64,000 nt of DNA from a bacterium (lineage in GTDB: Bacteria; Hinthialibacterota; Hinthialibacteria; Hinthialibacterales; Hinthialibacteraceae). The stretch lies in NCBI GenBank assembly GCA_963663405.2, contig CAXXSM010000070.1, positions 47,923 through 111,922 on the forward strand, given 5' to 3'. The notes below the pieces were generated by a model. That model worked only from the letters and a program-made list of their open reading frames with translations, ran no database searches and had not been told where the DNA came from. The position numbers and the translations under genes were made by a program. Positions 40,301 through 52,695 of the stretch are shown here, one piece after another (positions within the stretch are counted from its first letter, which is position 1; each line of letters opens with the position of its first letter).

Positions 40301-41491
40301 GTCCGTGGGTACAGGCGTGTAGGTAGCCGTGGGTTCAGGCGTATAAGTGTCCGTGGGTACAGGCGTGTAGGTAGCCGTGGGTTCAGGCGTATAAGTGTCC
40401 GTGGGTACAGGCGTGTAGGTAGCCGTGGGTTCAGGCGTATAAGTGTCCGTGGGTACGGGCGTGTAGGTAGCCGTGGGTTCAGGCGTATAAGTGTCCGTGG
40501 GTACGGGCGTGTAGGTAGCCGTGGGTTCAGGTGTGTAAGTGTCCGTGGGTACGGGCGTGTAGGTAGCCGTGGGTTCAGGTGTGTAAGTGTCCGTGGGTAC
40601 GGGCGTGTAGGTAGCCGTAGGTTCGGGCGTATAAGTGTCCGTGGGTACGGGCGTGTAGGTAGCCGTGGGTTCAGGCGTATAAGTGTCCGTAGGTACGGGT
40701 GTGTAGGTAGCCGTAGGTTCGGGCGTATAAGTGTCCGTAGGTACGGGCGTGTAGGTAGCCGTAGGTTCGGGCGTATAAGTGTCCGTAGGTACGGGCGTGT
40801 AGGTAGCCGTAGGTTCGGGCGTGTAAGTGTCCGTAGGTACGGGCGTGTAGGTAGCCGTAGGTTCGGGCGTATAAGTGTCCGTGGGTACGGGTGTGTAGGT
40901 AGCCGTGGGTTCGGGCGTATAAGTGTCCGTGGGTACGGGCGTAGAGGTAGTCGTGGGCTCAGGTGTATAAGTCGCCGTAGGTTCGGGCGTGTTCGTCGCT
41001 GTAGGTGGCAGAGTGAATGTGGGGGAGGGCGGGAATGTGAATGTGGCGGTCGGTGATGGGAGGAGAGTAAACGTCGCTGTAGGCTCTAGAGTCGCTGTAG
41101 GCTCTAACGTGGGGGTTGCTTCTTCTCCACCAGGGACCGTGAAGACAATTTCTTCAGAAAAATCACTTTCTGCCCGATAAACATTATAGGATTTTATTGA
41201 GCAATAGTAGGTTTCTCCAGGGATTGGGTCTGTGAATGTATAGGAGGTTTGTGCGCCAACGTCTATCACAAAATCGTAAACGCCGCTTTCAAAACCGTAA
41301 TACACATAAAATCCAGTTGGCGTGTCGCTTGGATCTTTATCCCATTCAATCTTTATTGGCTGAGCGTCCGCGTCCGCTGGGAAGAGAAGAGCGGTAAGAA
41401 CGAAAGTGGCCAAAAGAATAATAATGGTGAATGAATCTAAGGATGTTTTTTCTCGATAAAAGTTCATTATTCTTTTGTATAAAAGTTTCAT
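37382..41491 (-). CDS. ~1370-aa surface protein: FN3 - Thr/Pro tandem repeats - (PKD-like + CBM6/35-like)x2 - PT linker - LamG-like; split by frameshifts at ~40021 and ~39780
   Basis: Signal peptide and [11 protein letters not shown]3; repeat frame continues when single-base indels are corrected, joining the 39911..41491 and 37382..39715 ORFs; ADAG/ANAG PKD and EAESG motifs duplicated. Confidence 0.78.
39950..40990 (-). repeat. Coding tandem repeat, 48-bp unit ([16 protein letters not shown]), ~19 copies
   Basis: Near-identical units gggttcaggcgtataagtgtccgtgggtacgggcgtgtaggtagccgt; one half-unit irregularity near 40280. Confidence 0.95.
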
Positions 41492-42126
41492 ATCATTCCA
41501 TTTTGGAAATTTAATATAGATATAGGAATAAAGGATTGATTGTCCTGTTAATAAAATTTATTATTTGTGATTCTCCATAGCAAGAAAAAGAATACATGAA
41601 AAATTTCAAAACAAAATAAGGCGATTGGATCGATCTGTAAGTTCAAAATTTTACTACGAATGTCTTTCTTTATTATAGCCATGTACCGAAAGAATGCGAA
41701 TATAAAAAAAATGTAAATTTTAAGGTATTTATTGTGGATTATTAACGGGTTTTAATTGTAAAGGAATTGTTGGAGGCGGGATGAGGTACGTGTTTATATG
41801 GATTTAAGTTTATGTAAATCAATGATTTATTTCTTTAGATTCTATTGAGTTTTCTTTGTGAAAAAATTACAGATTTTGAGATTATCATGGGAATGAAGAT
41901 ATACTATATGTTACACTTAGTGAAATTTATTAGTTCAATTGAACCTTTCTGACTTTAATATGGAATATTTTTTTACGAGGAGAAGCGGGCAGGATTTCTA
42001 TGGAATTATTATTCATTTTTGTCCTGTTTGATTTCTCGTTTGTGGTGGTTTGGCGAGTTAAATCAAAGAGTTTCGAGATTGGTGATGAGTTTTAAATAAA
42101 AAAAGTACAAAAAAAGGAAAAGATAC

Positions 42127-42155
42127 TTGACAGAGGGATATAAAAAGCGTATAAT
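42127..42155 (+). promoter_or_regulatory. Perfect-consensus sigma70 promoter for rpoBC with A-rich UP element
   Basis: TTGACA-N17-TATAAT preceded by an A-tract at ~42094-42121. Confidence 0.85.
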
Positions 42156-42161
42156 CCTTTT

Positions 42162-42536
42162 TCTGATCGTGGATCTCGGCCGGGAAAAACGGGTTGAAAA
42201 CCTTTCCAGAATATTGATCGTCGAACGGGTATGATTAAGCAAGCACTCAACCATACGCGAGGGGCCTCATTTCGCTTTCCTCCTATTCGAACTATCTCCA
42301 TAGATCAATTTAATCGTTTGAATTCCATCATATTAACCAATTTTCACGGATATGCGCCCGAAAGTCAAGAGCTAGTGAGAGATTTCTCTCGCAAAAGGAC
42401 TTTGTAGCCAGTACGAGAAGAGAGTGACGCGCGGGAGAAGAAAAACGTGTCGGTTTTCCTCGCGTCGCGTTTTGAGATATTGAATTGCGCCGCCACTGGA
42501 ACGAACTGAGAGGAATCCATTCACAGGAGACTATCC
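42162..42536 (+). promoter_or_regulatory. Long structured rpoB 5' leader with an attenuator-like hairpin
   Basis: Nested stems attgatc/gatcaat, gtatg/catac, aaagtc/gacttt, gtgagaga/tctctcgc; gtgacgcg...cgcgtcgc followed by gtttt (42424-42473). Confidence 0.5.
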
Positions 42537-45500
42537 ATGGTGAAAAAAGCCGATACTTGTCCCTGGAGAGAACGAAAGAGTTTCGCCAAGATTCAGACCG
42601 TCATTGACATGCCGGACTTGATTGCGACCCAACAGATCTCCTACAAAGAATTTTTACAGCAAGATATGTTGTCGGAGCAGCGGGAAAAAGTGGGGCTCCA
42701 AGAGGCGTTTGAATCCATTTTTCCCATTAAGGGCCGGGATGGATCGACGTTGGAATTTGTTAATTATACGCTAGGCCGTCCGAAGTACGACATGATGGAG
42801 TGTATCGACCGGGGGATGACGTATGCGGCGCCGTTTCGGATCAAGGTTCGTTTGGTCGTGAAAGGCGGGGGGGAGAATAAAGAAGAGCCGACGGAGATCA
42901 TCGATATCCGGGAGGAAGAGATTTATCTGGGTGAAATTCCTCTCATGACCGATCGGGGCACTTTCATTGTCAACGGCGCCGAACGGGTGGTTGTCAGCCA
43001 GCTGCATCGTTCTCCCGGCGCGACGTTCAATGTGGAATCACATCATAGCGGGCAGAAAATCATCCTCGGTGGCATTATCCCCAACCGGGGCGCGTGGCTG
43101 GAATTTGAAAACGACCTGAACGACGTGCTTTCGGTCATTATCGACCGGCGGCGGAAACTGCCGGTAACCGTGTTGCTGCGCGCGTTTGGGTATTCGAGTG
43201 ACGAAGAGATTATGAATCTTTTCGTCAAGCATAAAGAGTTGAAACTCGGCCCGCGGTCGAAAGAATCGCTGATTGGCCGGATCGTCAGCCGGGACACTGT
43301 CGATCCGGAATCCAATATTACAGTGGCGGAGGCTGGAACTGAATTAACAGAATCCGTCATTGACAAGCTCCTGGAATTTGGGTGTAAGTCGATCACCGTG
43401 GTGGAAGGTCTGGGCCGTGATTTCAATATGATCCGGAATACTTTGTTGAAGGACAACACGACGGACCGGGATTCCGCATTGACGGAAATCTATCAGACCA
43501 TGCGTCCTGGTGAACCGCCGGCGTTAAAAAACGCGCAGACGTTGTTCGAGAATTTATTCACCAAACCCCGGCGCTATGATTTGTCGCGCGTGGGCCGCTA
43601 CCGGATGAATAAAAAACTCGGGATCCATGTGGATATCGACAACGTCACGTTGACCGCGGATGACGTCGTGGCGGTTGTGCGCTATATCCTCTCGTTGAAT
43701 CAAGGGGAGGGTGTGTCGGATGATATCGATCACCTGGGCAACCGGCGTGTGCGGACCATTGGGGAATTGCTTGAGAATCAGATCCGGGTGGGGCTGGCGC
43801 GGATGGAGCGGACCATCAAAGAGAAGATGGGCATCCTGGATGTGGAAAACGTCATGCCGCGTAATTTGATCAACGCCAAACCCGTGACGACAGCGGTCGC
43901 GGATTTCTTCGGCCGCAGTCAATTGTCGCAGTTTTTAGATCAAGTGAATCCGCTATCGGAATTGACACATAAACGGAGATTGTCCGCGTTGGGGCCGGGG
44001 GGATTGAATCGGGAGCGGGCCGGATTTGAGGTGCGTGACGTTCATCATACTCACTATGGGCGGATTTGTCCGATTGAAACGCCGGAAGGGCCGAATATTG
44101 GTTTGATCTCCAGTCTCTCTACATTTGCGCGGGTGAATGAGTTTGGATTTATCGAGTCGCCCTACCGGAAAGTGAAGAACGGCGTCGTCACCAAGGAAAT
44201 CGATTTTCTTTCCGCGGACGACGAGGACAACTGCATCATCGCCCAAGCGAACGCGCCTTTGGACAGCAAAGGTCATTTTGTACGGGATGTGGTGTTATCC
44301 CGATATCGTGAGAATTATCCGCGTGTGGCGCCGCAGCATGTGAATTATATGGATGTGTCGCCGGCGCAGCTGGTCTCCATTTCCGCATCCTTGATCCCCT
44401 TTTTGGAGCATGATGACGCGAACCGGGCGTTGATGGGATCCAACATGCAGCGGCAGGCCGTGCCTTTGCTTCGCACTTCGGCGCCGTTGGTTGGAACGGG
44501 AATGGAGTATAAAGCCGCCAAGGATTCCGGTGTTGTTGTGGTCTCCAAACGGGCGGGAGTCGTTGAGTCGGTATCCGCCAAGAAAATTGTGATCAAGCCG
44601 GACGAGCCGCTGACGGAGAAGGACCGCGATGAATACATTCTGCATAAATTCGTCCGCTCCAATCAAAACACGTGTATCAATCAAAAGCCGATTGTCCGTC
44701 TTGGTGACCGGGTCGAAGCGGATTGGGTCATCGCGGACGGCCCCGCGACGGACCGGGGCGAACTGGCATTAGGAAAGAATGTGCTAGTGGCCTTTATGTC
44801 GTGGGAAGGCGCGAATTATGAGGATGCGATCGTCGTCAGCGAGCGGCTGATCCATGATGATGTCTTTACGAGTCTTCACATCGAAGAGTTCAAAGTGGAA
44901 GCGCGGGTGACCAAGCTGGGAGAAGAAGAGATTACTCGTGATATCCCCAATGTGGGGGAAGAAGCGCTGAAGAATTTGGATAGCAACGGCGTGATCCGCA
45001 TCGGCGCGCCGGTCCGGCCGGGCAATATTCTAGTTGGAAAAATATCACCCAAGGGAAAAGTGCAGACCTCCAATGTGGAAAAACTGCTGCGGGCGATCTT
45101 CGGGAAACGGGCGGAAGATGTCAAGGATATCTCCTTGAAGGCGCCTCCAGGAACGGAAGGCGTTGTCGTGGATGTCAAAGTTTTCTCGCGGAAGATGCGG
45201 AGCGGCCGGGGCCGCGCGGAAGACGAACGCGCGATCAAGCGTCTGCTTTCCGACCGGGAAAAGAGAGTGAAAGAACTGCAAGCGGATTGGATTGAACGGT
45301 TGGAGAATACTCTAAACGGTATGAAATTGGCCGGGGATATTGTTAATCCACTGACCGGAGAGATTCTCTTTTCCAAAGACAAAACGATTTCGAAGAACGA
45401 TCTTAATAAATTGAAAGACGTGGATATCCGGGATCTGAGCATTACGGATGATACTGTGTTGGATAAGATCCGCATGGAGTATACCCAGGATATCGAAGAT

Positions 45501-46373
45501 GTCCATCAACAATATGACAAGCAGGTGGAATATATCAAGACGGGGGACAATCTCCTGCCTGGCGTGTTGAAGATGGTGAAAGTCTACGTCGCGAAGAAGA
45601 AGCGGCTTTCCATCGGCGACAAAATGGCGGGACGTCATGGAAACAAGGGGGTTGTCTCGCGGATCGTGCCAATGGAAGATATGCCCTTCCTGGAAGATGG
45701 AACGCCGGTGGATATCATTTTGAATCCATTGGGGGTGCCTTCCCGGATGAATGTGGGGCAGGTCTTTGAAACCCATCTCGGTTGGGCGATTGAAAAATTG
45801 GGAATGCACATCGCGACACCCGTTTTTGACGGCGCGAAGGAATCGGATGTGATTGAATTTTTGGAAACAGCGGGACTTCCGAAATCCGGAAAAACCCGTG
45901 TTTTCGATGGACGGACGGGGGAACCGTTCGCGGAAGAGATTACGGTCGGCAATATCTATATGTTGAAGTTGAATCACTTAGTGGATGATAAAATCCACGC
46001 ACGGTCGATTGGCCCTTATTCTTTGGTTACGCAGCAGCCGTTGGGTGGAAAAGCGCAGTTCGGAGGGCAGCGTCTCGGTGAGATGGAGGTTTGGGCGCTG
46101 GAGGCGTATGGCGCCGCGCATACCCTGCAGGAACTGCTCACGGTGAAATCCGATGATATCGTGGGCCGCAACCGGATCTATGAAGCGATTGTCAAAGGAG
46201 AGAACGCCCGCGCGCCTGGTTTGCCGGAATCATTTTACGTCCTTGTGAAGGAACTGCAGAGTTTAGGATTGAGCATTGAGTTGATCGAAGATAAAGAACC
46301 GGACAATGACGAAGGCGAGGGACCTGGTGAAACCGCGGAAGTGAAGGAGGAGTTGGTGGAAGCGGGATCCTAA
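42537..46373 (+). CDS. rpoB: RNA polymerase beta subunit
   Basis: [57 protein letters not shown]. Confidence 0.99.
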   Translation: MVKKADTCPWRERKSFAKIQTVIDMPDLIATQQISYKEFLQQDMLSEQREKVGLQEAFESIFPIKGRDGSTLEFVNYTLGRPKYDMMECIDRGMTYAAPFRIKVRLVVKGGGENKEEPTEIIDIREEEIYLGEIPLMTDRGTFIVNGAERVVVSQLHRSPGATFNVESHHSGQKIILGGIIPNRGAWLEFENDLNDVLSVIIDRRRKLPVTVLLRAFGYSSDEEIMNLFVKHKELKLGPRSKESLIGRIVSRDTVDPESNITVAEAGTELTESVIDKLLEFGCKSITVVEGLGRDFNMIRNTLLKDNTTDRDSALTEIYQTMRPGEPPALKNAQTLFENLFTKPRRYDLSRVGRYRMNKKLGIHVDIDNVTLTADDVVAVVRYILSLNQGEGVSDDIDHLGNRRVRTIGELLENQIRVGLARMERTIKEKMGILDVENVMPRNLINAKPVTTAVADFFGRSQLSQFLDQVNPLSELTHKRRLSALGPGGLNRERAGFEVRDVHHTHYGRICPIETPEGPNIGLISSLSTFARVNEFGFIESPYRKVKNGVVTKEIDFLSADDEDNCIIAQANAPLDSKGHFVRDVVLSRYRENYPRVAPQHVNYMDVSPAQLVSISASLIPFLEHDDANRALMGSNMQRQAVPLLRTSAPLVGTGMEYKAAKDSGVVVVSKRAGVVESVSAKKIVIKPDEPLTEKDRDEYILHKFVRSNQNTCINQKPIVRLGDRVEADWVIADGPATDRGELALGKNVLVAFMSWEGANYEDAIVVSERLIHDDVFTSLHIEEFKVEARVTKLGEEEITRDIPNVGEEALKNLDSNGVIRIGAPVRPGNILVGKISPKGKVQTSNVEKLLRAIFGKRAEDVKDISLKAPPGTEGVVVDVKVFSRKMRSGRGRAEDERAIKRLLSDREKRVKELQADWIERLENTLNGMKLAGDIVNPLTGEILFSKDKTISKNDLNKLKDVDIRDLSITDDTVLDKIRMEYTQDIEDVHQQYDKQVEYIKTGDNLLPGVLKMVKVYVAKKKRLSIGDKMAGRHGNKGVVSRIVPMEDMPFLEDGTPVDIILNPLGVPSRMNVGQVFETHLGWAIEKLGMHIATPVFDGAKESDVIEFLETAGLPKSGKTRVFDGRTGEPFAEEITVGNIYMLKLNHLVDDKIHARSIGPYSLVTQQPLGGKAQFGGQRLGEMEVWALEAYGAAHTLQELLTVKSDDIVGRNRIYEAIVKGENARAPGLPESFYVLVKELQSLGLSIELIEDKEPDNDEGEGPGETAEVKEELVEAGS

Positions 46374-46455
46374 ATTCGATCCGTGATGGCAAGAGTGAAT
46401 GTTCATCCAATGAGTGGCGCGCACGAGAGATTCGTACAGGTATAGGAGCAAACTA

Positions 46456-49400
46456 ATGTGGAAATCACTGCAAACCCCAGCGGCGAAACGGCGTGAAGAT
46501 GAAATCCGGGATATCAACCGGGTTCGTTCCATTAAGATTTCCCTGGCGTCTCCCGATCAGATTCGAAGTTGGTCGTATGGCGAAGTCAAAAATCCTGAAA
46601 CGATTGATTATAAAACGTATAAACCCAAGACAGACGGTCTGTTTTGTGAGCGCATTTTTGGGCCCACCCGTGATTACGAATGCGCCTGCGGGAAATTCAA
46701 AGGCATTAAACACCGGGGTGTGGTCTGTGACCGGTGCGGTGTGGAACTGACACAATCCAAAGTGCGCCGGAGCCGGATGGGGCATATCGAGTTGGAGATG
46801 CCTGTCGCGCATATCTGGTTTTCCAAAGGCGTACCGAGCCGGTTGGCCATTTTATTGGATCTGTCCATTAAAGTGTTGGAACGGATTCTCTATTACGAAG
46901 AGTATATTGTTCTGGATCCCGGATCGACGGACCTCAAAATGCTGGACGTCATCGCCGAGCGGGAGTACATCCAGATGCGCGAGGAATACGGGTCGGAATT
47001 CCGGGTTGGCATGGGCGCCGAGGCGGTGAAAGAGATTCTCATGGGGCTCGATTTAGAGTCGCTCGCGGATGAGATGCGCCGGACTATCCGGGAAGGCAAA
47101 TCGAAGCAGCGGGTCAAAAAGAGCATCAAACGGTTGAAAGTTATTGAGGATTTCCGGGGCAGCGACAACCGGATAGAATGGTTGATTCTGGAATCCCTTC
47201 CCGTGATTCCGCCGGATCTGCGTCCCCTGGTGCCTTTGGACGGGGGGCGTTTCGCCACGTCGGACCTCAACGATCTGTATCGGCGTGTGATTAACCGAAA
47301 CAACCGGTTGCGGCGTTTAAAAGAGGTGCGGGCGCCGGAAGTGATTATCCGCAATGAAAAGCGGATGCTGCAAGAAGCGGTCGACGCGCTACTCGACAAT
47401 GGCCGGCGCGGCAGACCGGTCAAAGGTTCGAACAATCGGCCGCTGAAATCGCTGAGTGATATGCTGAAAGGGAAGCAGGGACGGTTCCGGCAGAATCTAT
47501 TAGGGAAGCGGGTGGATTATTCTGGACGTTCAGTGATTGTCTGCGGGCCCGATTTGAAGTTCAACGAATGTGGACTTCCCAAGCAGATGGCGCTGGAGTT
47601 GTTCGAACCGTTTATCATCCGGCGGTTGGAAGAATTGGATGAAGTAACTACGATCCGGAGCGCGAAACGGAAGATCGAACGGCAGGATCCAGAAGTTTTT
47701 GATGTGCTGGAAGAGGTGATCAAGAATCATCCGGTACTGCTTAATCGCGCGCCGACGCTGCACCGGATGGGGATCCAGGCGTTTCAACCCAAATTGGTCG
47801 AAGGGAAAGCGATCCGGTTGCATCCATTGACCTGTACCGCTTTTAACGCGGACTTTGACGGTGACCAAATGGCGGTGCATGTGCCGCTCTCGTTAGAGGC
47901 GCAAGCGGAATGCCGTGATTTGATGTTGGCCAAGCATAATATTCTTGGCCCGGCGGATGGGAAACCAATCGCCACACCCAGCCAGGACATTGTTTTGGGG
48001 TGTTACTATTTAACGAAAATCCGGAATCCGATCAACGGACGGGAGCCGAAGCGTTTTTCCGACGAGCGCGAGGCGATTATCTCCTTTGATCATGGCGCTA
48101 TCGGATTGCAGGATGAAGTGGAGGTTCGGATCAGGGGCACCCGTATCCGGACAACCGTGGGGCGGATCATTTTTAATGATATTCTGCCGAATCTACTCCG
48201 ATTCTGCAATAAAATAATGAACAAAAAGAGCCTCTCCGAATTAGTCCGGAATTGCTATAACTATTATGGCAAGGAAGGAACCGCAAAATTCTTGGATGAG
48301 TTAAAAGCGCTGGGTTATTACTACGCCAAATTGGGAGGAATCTCGATCGGATTGGGGGATATGATTGTTCCTTCGCGGAAAGAGGAACTTCTTAACAGCG
48401 CCCGAAATGATGTGAAAACCGTCATGGAGCAGTACGAGAAGGGCGCCATTACGGATATCGAGCGGTATAACAAGGTGATTGACCGTTGGATTCATACAAC
48501 CGAGTCCGTGGCGGAAGCGATGATGGGTGAACTTGAACTGGACAACCAGGGATTTAATCCGATTTTCATCATGGCGGATTCGGGCGCGAGGGGTTCGAAA
48601 CAACAGATTCGTCAGCTGGCGGGGATGCGCGGTTTGATGTCGAAGCCGATGAAGAAATTGACAGGCGGGATCGGCGAGATCATCGAATCGCCGATTGAAT
48701 CGAACTTCAAAGAAGGATTGACCGTGTTGGAGTACTTTATTTCGACACACGGCGCCCGGAAAGGATTGGCGGATACCGCGTTGAAGACGGCCGAAGCCGG
48801 GTATCTCACCCGGCGTCTTGTGGACGTCGCCCAGGATCTGATTGTCACCCAGGAAGATTGCGGCACATTGAATGGCTTGGAAGTGTCCGCGATTGTCGAA
48901 GGGGATCAGGTCATTGAATCGATCAACGATCGCGTATTGGGACGTTCGGCGGCGGAAGATATCATCAATCCTCTTACGGGGAATCTGATTGTCAATCGGA
49001 ATCAAATGATCGATGAGGAAGCCGCCGCGGCGATCGGCCGATGTGGCATTGAAAAAGTGTACATTCGTTCGACGGTCGCTTGTGAGTCGCCACGCGGTGT
49101 GTGCGCGGCCTGTTACAGCCGCGATCTCTCCCGTGGCGAGCAAGTGAATATCGGGCAGGCGGTTGGGGTGATCGCCGCGCAGTCTATCGGTGAGCCGGGA
49201 ACCCAGCTTACGCTGCGGACCTTCCATATCGGTGGCACCACGAGCCGGATTCTGGAAGAAAGCGAGATTCAAATCCGCCGGAATGTTGATGGGATCGCCG
49301 GTTTGCGCGATGGAGAGTCGGGAGTTGTGAAGTTTATCAATCTGCGTCTTGTTGAAAACCGGCGTGGCGAGATGGTTTCGGTCAATACTCTTGGGCGTCC

Positions 49401-51393
49401 CTATCTGGTCCGATCGAAAGTCCGATGTCCGAATCTAGGGCGTAAAAATGATCCTATTATTCGATTGGATAAACTGGAAGTTACAGAAGGCGGGAAGAAT
49501 GGTGTCGTAGTCCGCGGCGGCGGCTCGATTGTTTTGACGAACATGCGCGGGAAAGAATTGTACCGGTTTCCATTCATTCCAACCGGCGCTGAACTGCATT
49601 TCAGCGATGGGGACAAAGTTCCCGCAGGGGAGATCCTCGCGAGTTGGGATCCACTGCAAGTGCCGATCGTATCAAAAACAACAGGGAAAGTATCGTTTAA
49701 TAATATTGATAAATCCGATCTCATAAAAAACAAAGATATTTACGTCATTCCTCCAGAGCGGATGGACGCGGAATTGGTCGTTACCAAAGGCAAGAATTCA
49801 GAGACATACAATCTTCAGCCTGGACACCGGTTGATGGTGAAAGACGGCGAATCCGTGAAAGTGGGGAGTGTGCTCGCTTTTCATCCCACCCCTACGATTG
49901 CAGGTTCCGAAGGGAAAATTCGTTATGTTGATATTCAGGATGGTGTTACCGTACGGCGGATTTTGGATCCCATAACGAACAACCTGAAATCTGTCATAAC
50001 AGATTACGTGGGATTGAAGGTTCCCCGCATTCGAATCGTGGACCGGGATGAAACGATTCTAGAGGAACATACACTTCCACCTGGTTCGGTTTTGGGCATC
50101 GAAGATGGAGCGGATGTGCTCAATGGTGTGATTTTAACGCATACGGATCAGGTCGTGGATCAGTTTAAACATTTAGAAACCGGTATCCCCCTTGGCGCTG
50201 TGATCTATGTGGGTGATGGGGAAGAAATCCGAAATAACGGTGGGCAGATTATGCTGGAAAATGAGGAGGAACCGCGTCCAGTGATTGCGCGCTGGGATCC
50301 TTATTTTAAAGCGGAAATCGCCTCCATGGATGGAAAATGCCGGTTCGAGCAGGTCATCGAAGGGGTGACCATGCGGCGGCAGCGCCAGGAAGCGAGTTCG
50401 ATCTCTCAGATGATTGTCATGGAACACCGGGAAGACAAGCATCCCTCCTTGGTCCTCCATAAACGGGGGAAAGAACCGGAGTATCATTCTCTGCCGTCCG
50501 GGGCGCATATAGTCGTCAATGATGGAGACGAAATTCAGGCGGGGGATATCCTGGCAAAAATCCCGAAAGAGACATTTAAATCCCGTGACGTGACGGGTGG
50601 GCTTCCGCGGGTGGAAGAGCTATTTGAAGCCCGGCGGCCGAAACTCAAAGATCTCGCCATTATTACGAAGATCGACGGGTGGGTGCGTCTGCCCAAACCG
50701 GAAGACATTGATGAAGAAGTGGAAAAGAAACTCGGTAAAAAGCGAAAACGGGGAACCCGTTTGATTCTCATCACGGATAAAGACGGGGAGGTTCACAGCG
50801 TCCATGAAGTCGACGCGGGGAAACACGTGATCGTAAGTGATGGGGATTGGGTGTCGACCGGGGATAAACTGGTCGATGGCTCTATCGATCCACACGAATA
50901 TTTAGAGGTCATGGGTGAACGGTCCACGCAACAATATTTAATAAACGAAATTCAGGAAGTGTACCGGCTCCAGGGCGTCAGTATCAATGACAAACATATT
51001 GAAGTAATTATCCGTCAGATGATGCGCAAGGTGACCATAACCGATTCCGGCGATACTAATTTCCTTCAGGATGATGATGTGGACCGGTTTGAAGTGATGC
51101 GTGAGAATGAACGGGTGGGTAAGCAGGGAGGGAAACCGGCGCAGTTTAAACCTCGGCTGCTGGGGATCACCAAAGCGTCGCTGGGGACGGAATCGTTTAT
51201 TTCCGCGGCGTCCTTCCAGGAGACGACCCGTGTGCTGACCCAGGCCGCGATTGGGAGCAAGATGGACCATTTGTTAGGTTTGAAAGAGAACGTGATCATG
51301 GGACATCTGATCCCTGCGGGAACAGGTTGGCGGTATCATGAAGAGTACTACCAGAATATTTTGGAAAAAGATCGATTGGCGGTGGGGAAATAA
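46456..51393 (+). CDS. rpoC: RNA polymerase beta' subunit with expanded trigger-loop insertion
   Basis: NADFDGD, zinc-binding Cys, [12 protein letters not shown]...DVTGGLPRV; SD aggag before ATG 46456. Confidence 0.99.
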   Translation: MWKSLQTPAAKRREDEIRDINRVRSIKISLASPDQIRSWSYGEVKNPETIDYKTYKPKTDGLFCERIFGPTRDYECACGKFKGIKHRGVVCDRCGVELTQSKVRRSRMGHIELEMPVAHIWFSKGVPSRLAILLDLSIKVLERILYYEEYIVLDPGSTDLKMLDVIAEREYIQMREEYGSEFRVGMGAEAVKEILMGLDLESLADEMRRTIREGKSKQRVKKSIKRLKVIEDFRGSDNRIEWLILESLPVIPPDLRPLVPLDGGRFATSDLNDLYRRVINRNNRLRRLKEVRAPEVIIRNEKRMLQEAVDALLDNGRRGRPVKGSNNRPLKSLSDMLKGKQGRFRQNLLGKRVDYSGRSVIVCGPDLKFNECGLPKQMALELFEPFIIRRLEELDEVTTIRSAKRKIERQDPEVFDVLEEVIKNHPVLLNRAPTLHRMGIQAFQPKLVEGKAIRLHPLTCTAFNADFDGDQMAVHVPLSLEAQAECRDLMLAKHNILGPADGKPIATPSQDIVLGCYYLTKIRNPINGREPKRFSDEREAIISFDHGAIGLQDEVEVRIRGTRIRTTVGRIIFNDILPNLLRFCNKIMNKKSLSELVRNCYNYYGKEGTAKFLDELKALGYYYAKLGGISIGLGDMIVPSRKEELLNSARNDVKTVMEQYEKGAITDIERYNKVIDRWIHTTESVAEAMMGELELDNQGFNPIFIMADSGARGSKQQIRQLAGMRGLMSKPMKKLTGGIGEIIESPIESNFKEGLTVLEYFISTHGARKGLADTALKTAEAGYLTRRLVDVAQDLIVTQEDCGTLNGLEVSAIVEGDQVIESINDRVLGRSAAEDIINPLTGNLIVNRNQMIDEEAAAAIGRCGIEKVYIRSTVACESPRGVCAACYSRDLSRGEQVNIGQAVGVIAAQSIGEPGTQLTLRTFHIGGTTSRILEESEIQIRRNVDGIAGLRDGESGVVKFINLRLVENRRGEMVSVNTLGRPYLVRSKVRCPNLGRKNDPIIRLDKLEVTEGGKNGVVVRGGGSIVLTNMRGKELYRFPFIPTGAELHFSDGDKVPAGEILASWDPLQVPIVSKTTGKVSFNNIDKSDLIKNKDIYVIPPERMDAELVVTKGKNSETYNLQPGHRLMVKDGESVKVGSVLAFHPTPTIAGSEGKIRYVDIQDGVTVRRILDPITNNLKSVITDYVGLKVPRIRIVDRDETILEEHTLPPGSVLGIEDGADVLNGVILTHTDQVVDQFKHLETGIPLGAVIYVGDGEEIRNNGGQIMLENEEEPRPVIARWDPYFKAEIASMDGKCRFEQVIEGVTMRRQRQEASSISQMIVMEHREDKHPSLVLHKRGKEPEYHSLPSGAHIVVNDGDEIQAGDILAKIPKETFKSRDVTGGLPRVEELFEARRPKLKDLAIITKIDGWVRLPKPEDIDEEVEKKLGKKRKRGTRLILITDKDGEVHSVHEVDAGKHVIVSDGDWVSTGDKLVDGSIDPHEYLEVMGERSTQQYLINEIQEVYRLQGVSINDKHIEVIIRQMMRKVTITDSGDTNFLQDDDVDRFEVMRENERVGKQGGKPAQFKPRLLGITKASLGTESFISAASFQETTRVLTQAAIGSKMDHLLGLKENVIMGHLIPAGTGWRYHEEYYQNILEKDRLAVGK

Positions 51394-51438
51394 TGTCCAA
51401 AAAAAAGTTGAATTATGCAATTTATCTTGATTTAAGCC

Positions 51439-51467
51439 TTGACGATTGAGAGCGCTGGAATTATCCT
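51439..51467 (+). promoter_or_regulatory. sigma70-type promoter of the str operon
   Basis: TTGACG-N17-TATCCT. Confidence 0.55.
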
Positions 51468-51716
51468 TATCTCTTTGTGTAACACAGTCTTAACCAAAAT
51501 TTATTTGAAATGTAAGCTGGCGCAGGTTCTTTCAAGGTTATAAAAAGAAAATCTTAAAGATCAATTCAAAGATCGATCTTGAGAAGAATCTGACTCAGAC
51601 GGGAAAAACGATATCGATTCTGACGAGGATGCCTTCATCGGAATGATGAGGCATCCTATCTTAAGCTTTCCGGAGGAATTCATCCCGGAATACGAGGAAA
51701 AAAGTACGGAGAGGCT

Positions 51717-52091
51717 ATGCCGACGATCAATCAGCTCATAAAAAAAGGCCGGAAAACGAAGAGCAAAAAGACGAAGGCCCCCGCCATGCAGTCGTGTCCT
51801 CAAAAACGAGGCGTTTGTACTCGTGTTTGGACAATGAGTCCGAAGAAGCCGAATTCCGCGTTGCGGAAAGTCGCTCGTGTGCGCTTGTCGAATGGGATTG
51901 AAGTGAACGCGTATATCCCTGGAGAAGGACATAATCTGCAAGAGCACTCCATTGTGTTGATCCGTGGCGGGCGTGTGAAGGATCTGTCCAGTGTGCGGTA
52001 TCACGTCGTCCGGGGTGTGTTGGAATCGATGGGAGTTGAGAACCGTAAACGGGGCCGGTCCAAATACGGCACGAAGCGGCCGAAGCAATAA
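51717..52091 (+). CDS. rpsL: 30S ribosomal protein S12
   Basis: [27 protein letters not shown]. Confidence 0.99.
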   Translation: MPTINQLIKKGRKTKSKKTKAPAMQSCPQKRGVCTRVWTMSPKKPNSALRKVARVRLSNGIEVNAYIPGEGHNLQEHSIVLIRGGRVKDLSSVRYHVVRGVLESMGVENRKRGRSKYGTKRPKQ

Positions 52092-52131
52092 GGCGTAAAC
52101 GCGTAGAATCTTACTCGCTGGGCATAGATAA

Positions 52132-52611
<480 letters not shown>

Positions 52612-52695
52612 AACGATCGATTGAAGATCGCGCAATCTCCCTTAGTGGGTGATTCGAAGTTCGAATTTAACTTCAATATTTTTGGATGTGAGAAG

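Noticed and set aside
39950-40990. Possible CRISPR array
   Set aside because: Contiguous coding repeats with no unique spacers, and no cas genes in the window.
40016-41056. 346-aa Arg/Gly/Val-rich repeat ORF on the plus strand
   Set aside because: Antisense reading of the Thr/Pro tandem repeat; the repeat unit simply lacks stops in that frame.
43900-44010. Rifampicin-resistance substitutions in RpoB
   Set aside because: Key cluster I residues (Q, D, H, R, S) match the sensitive consensus.
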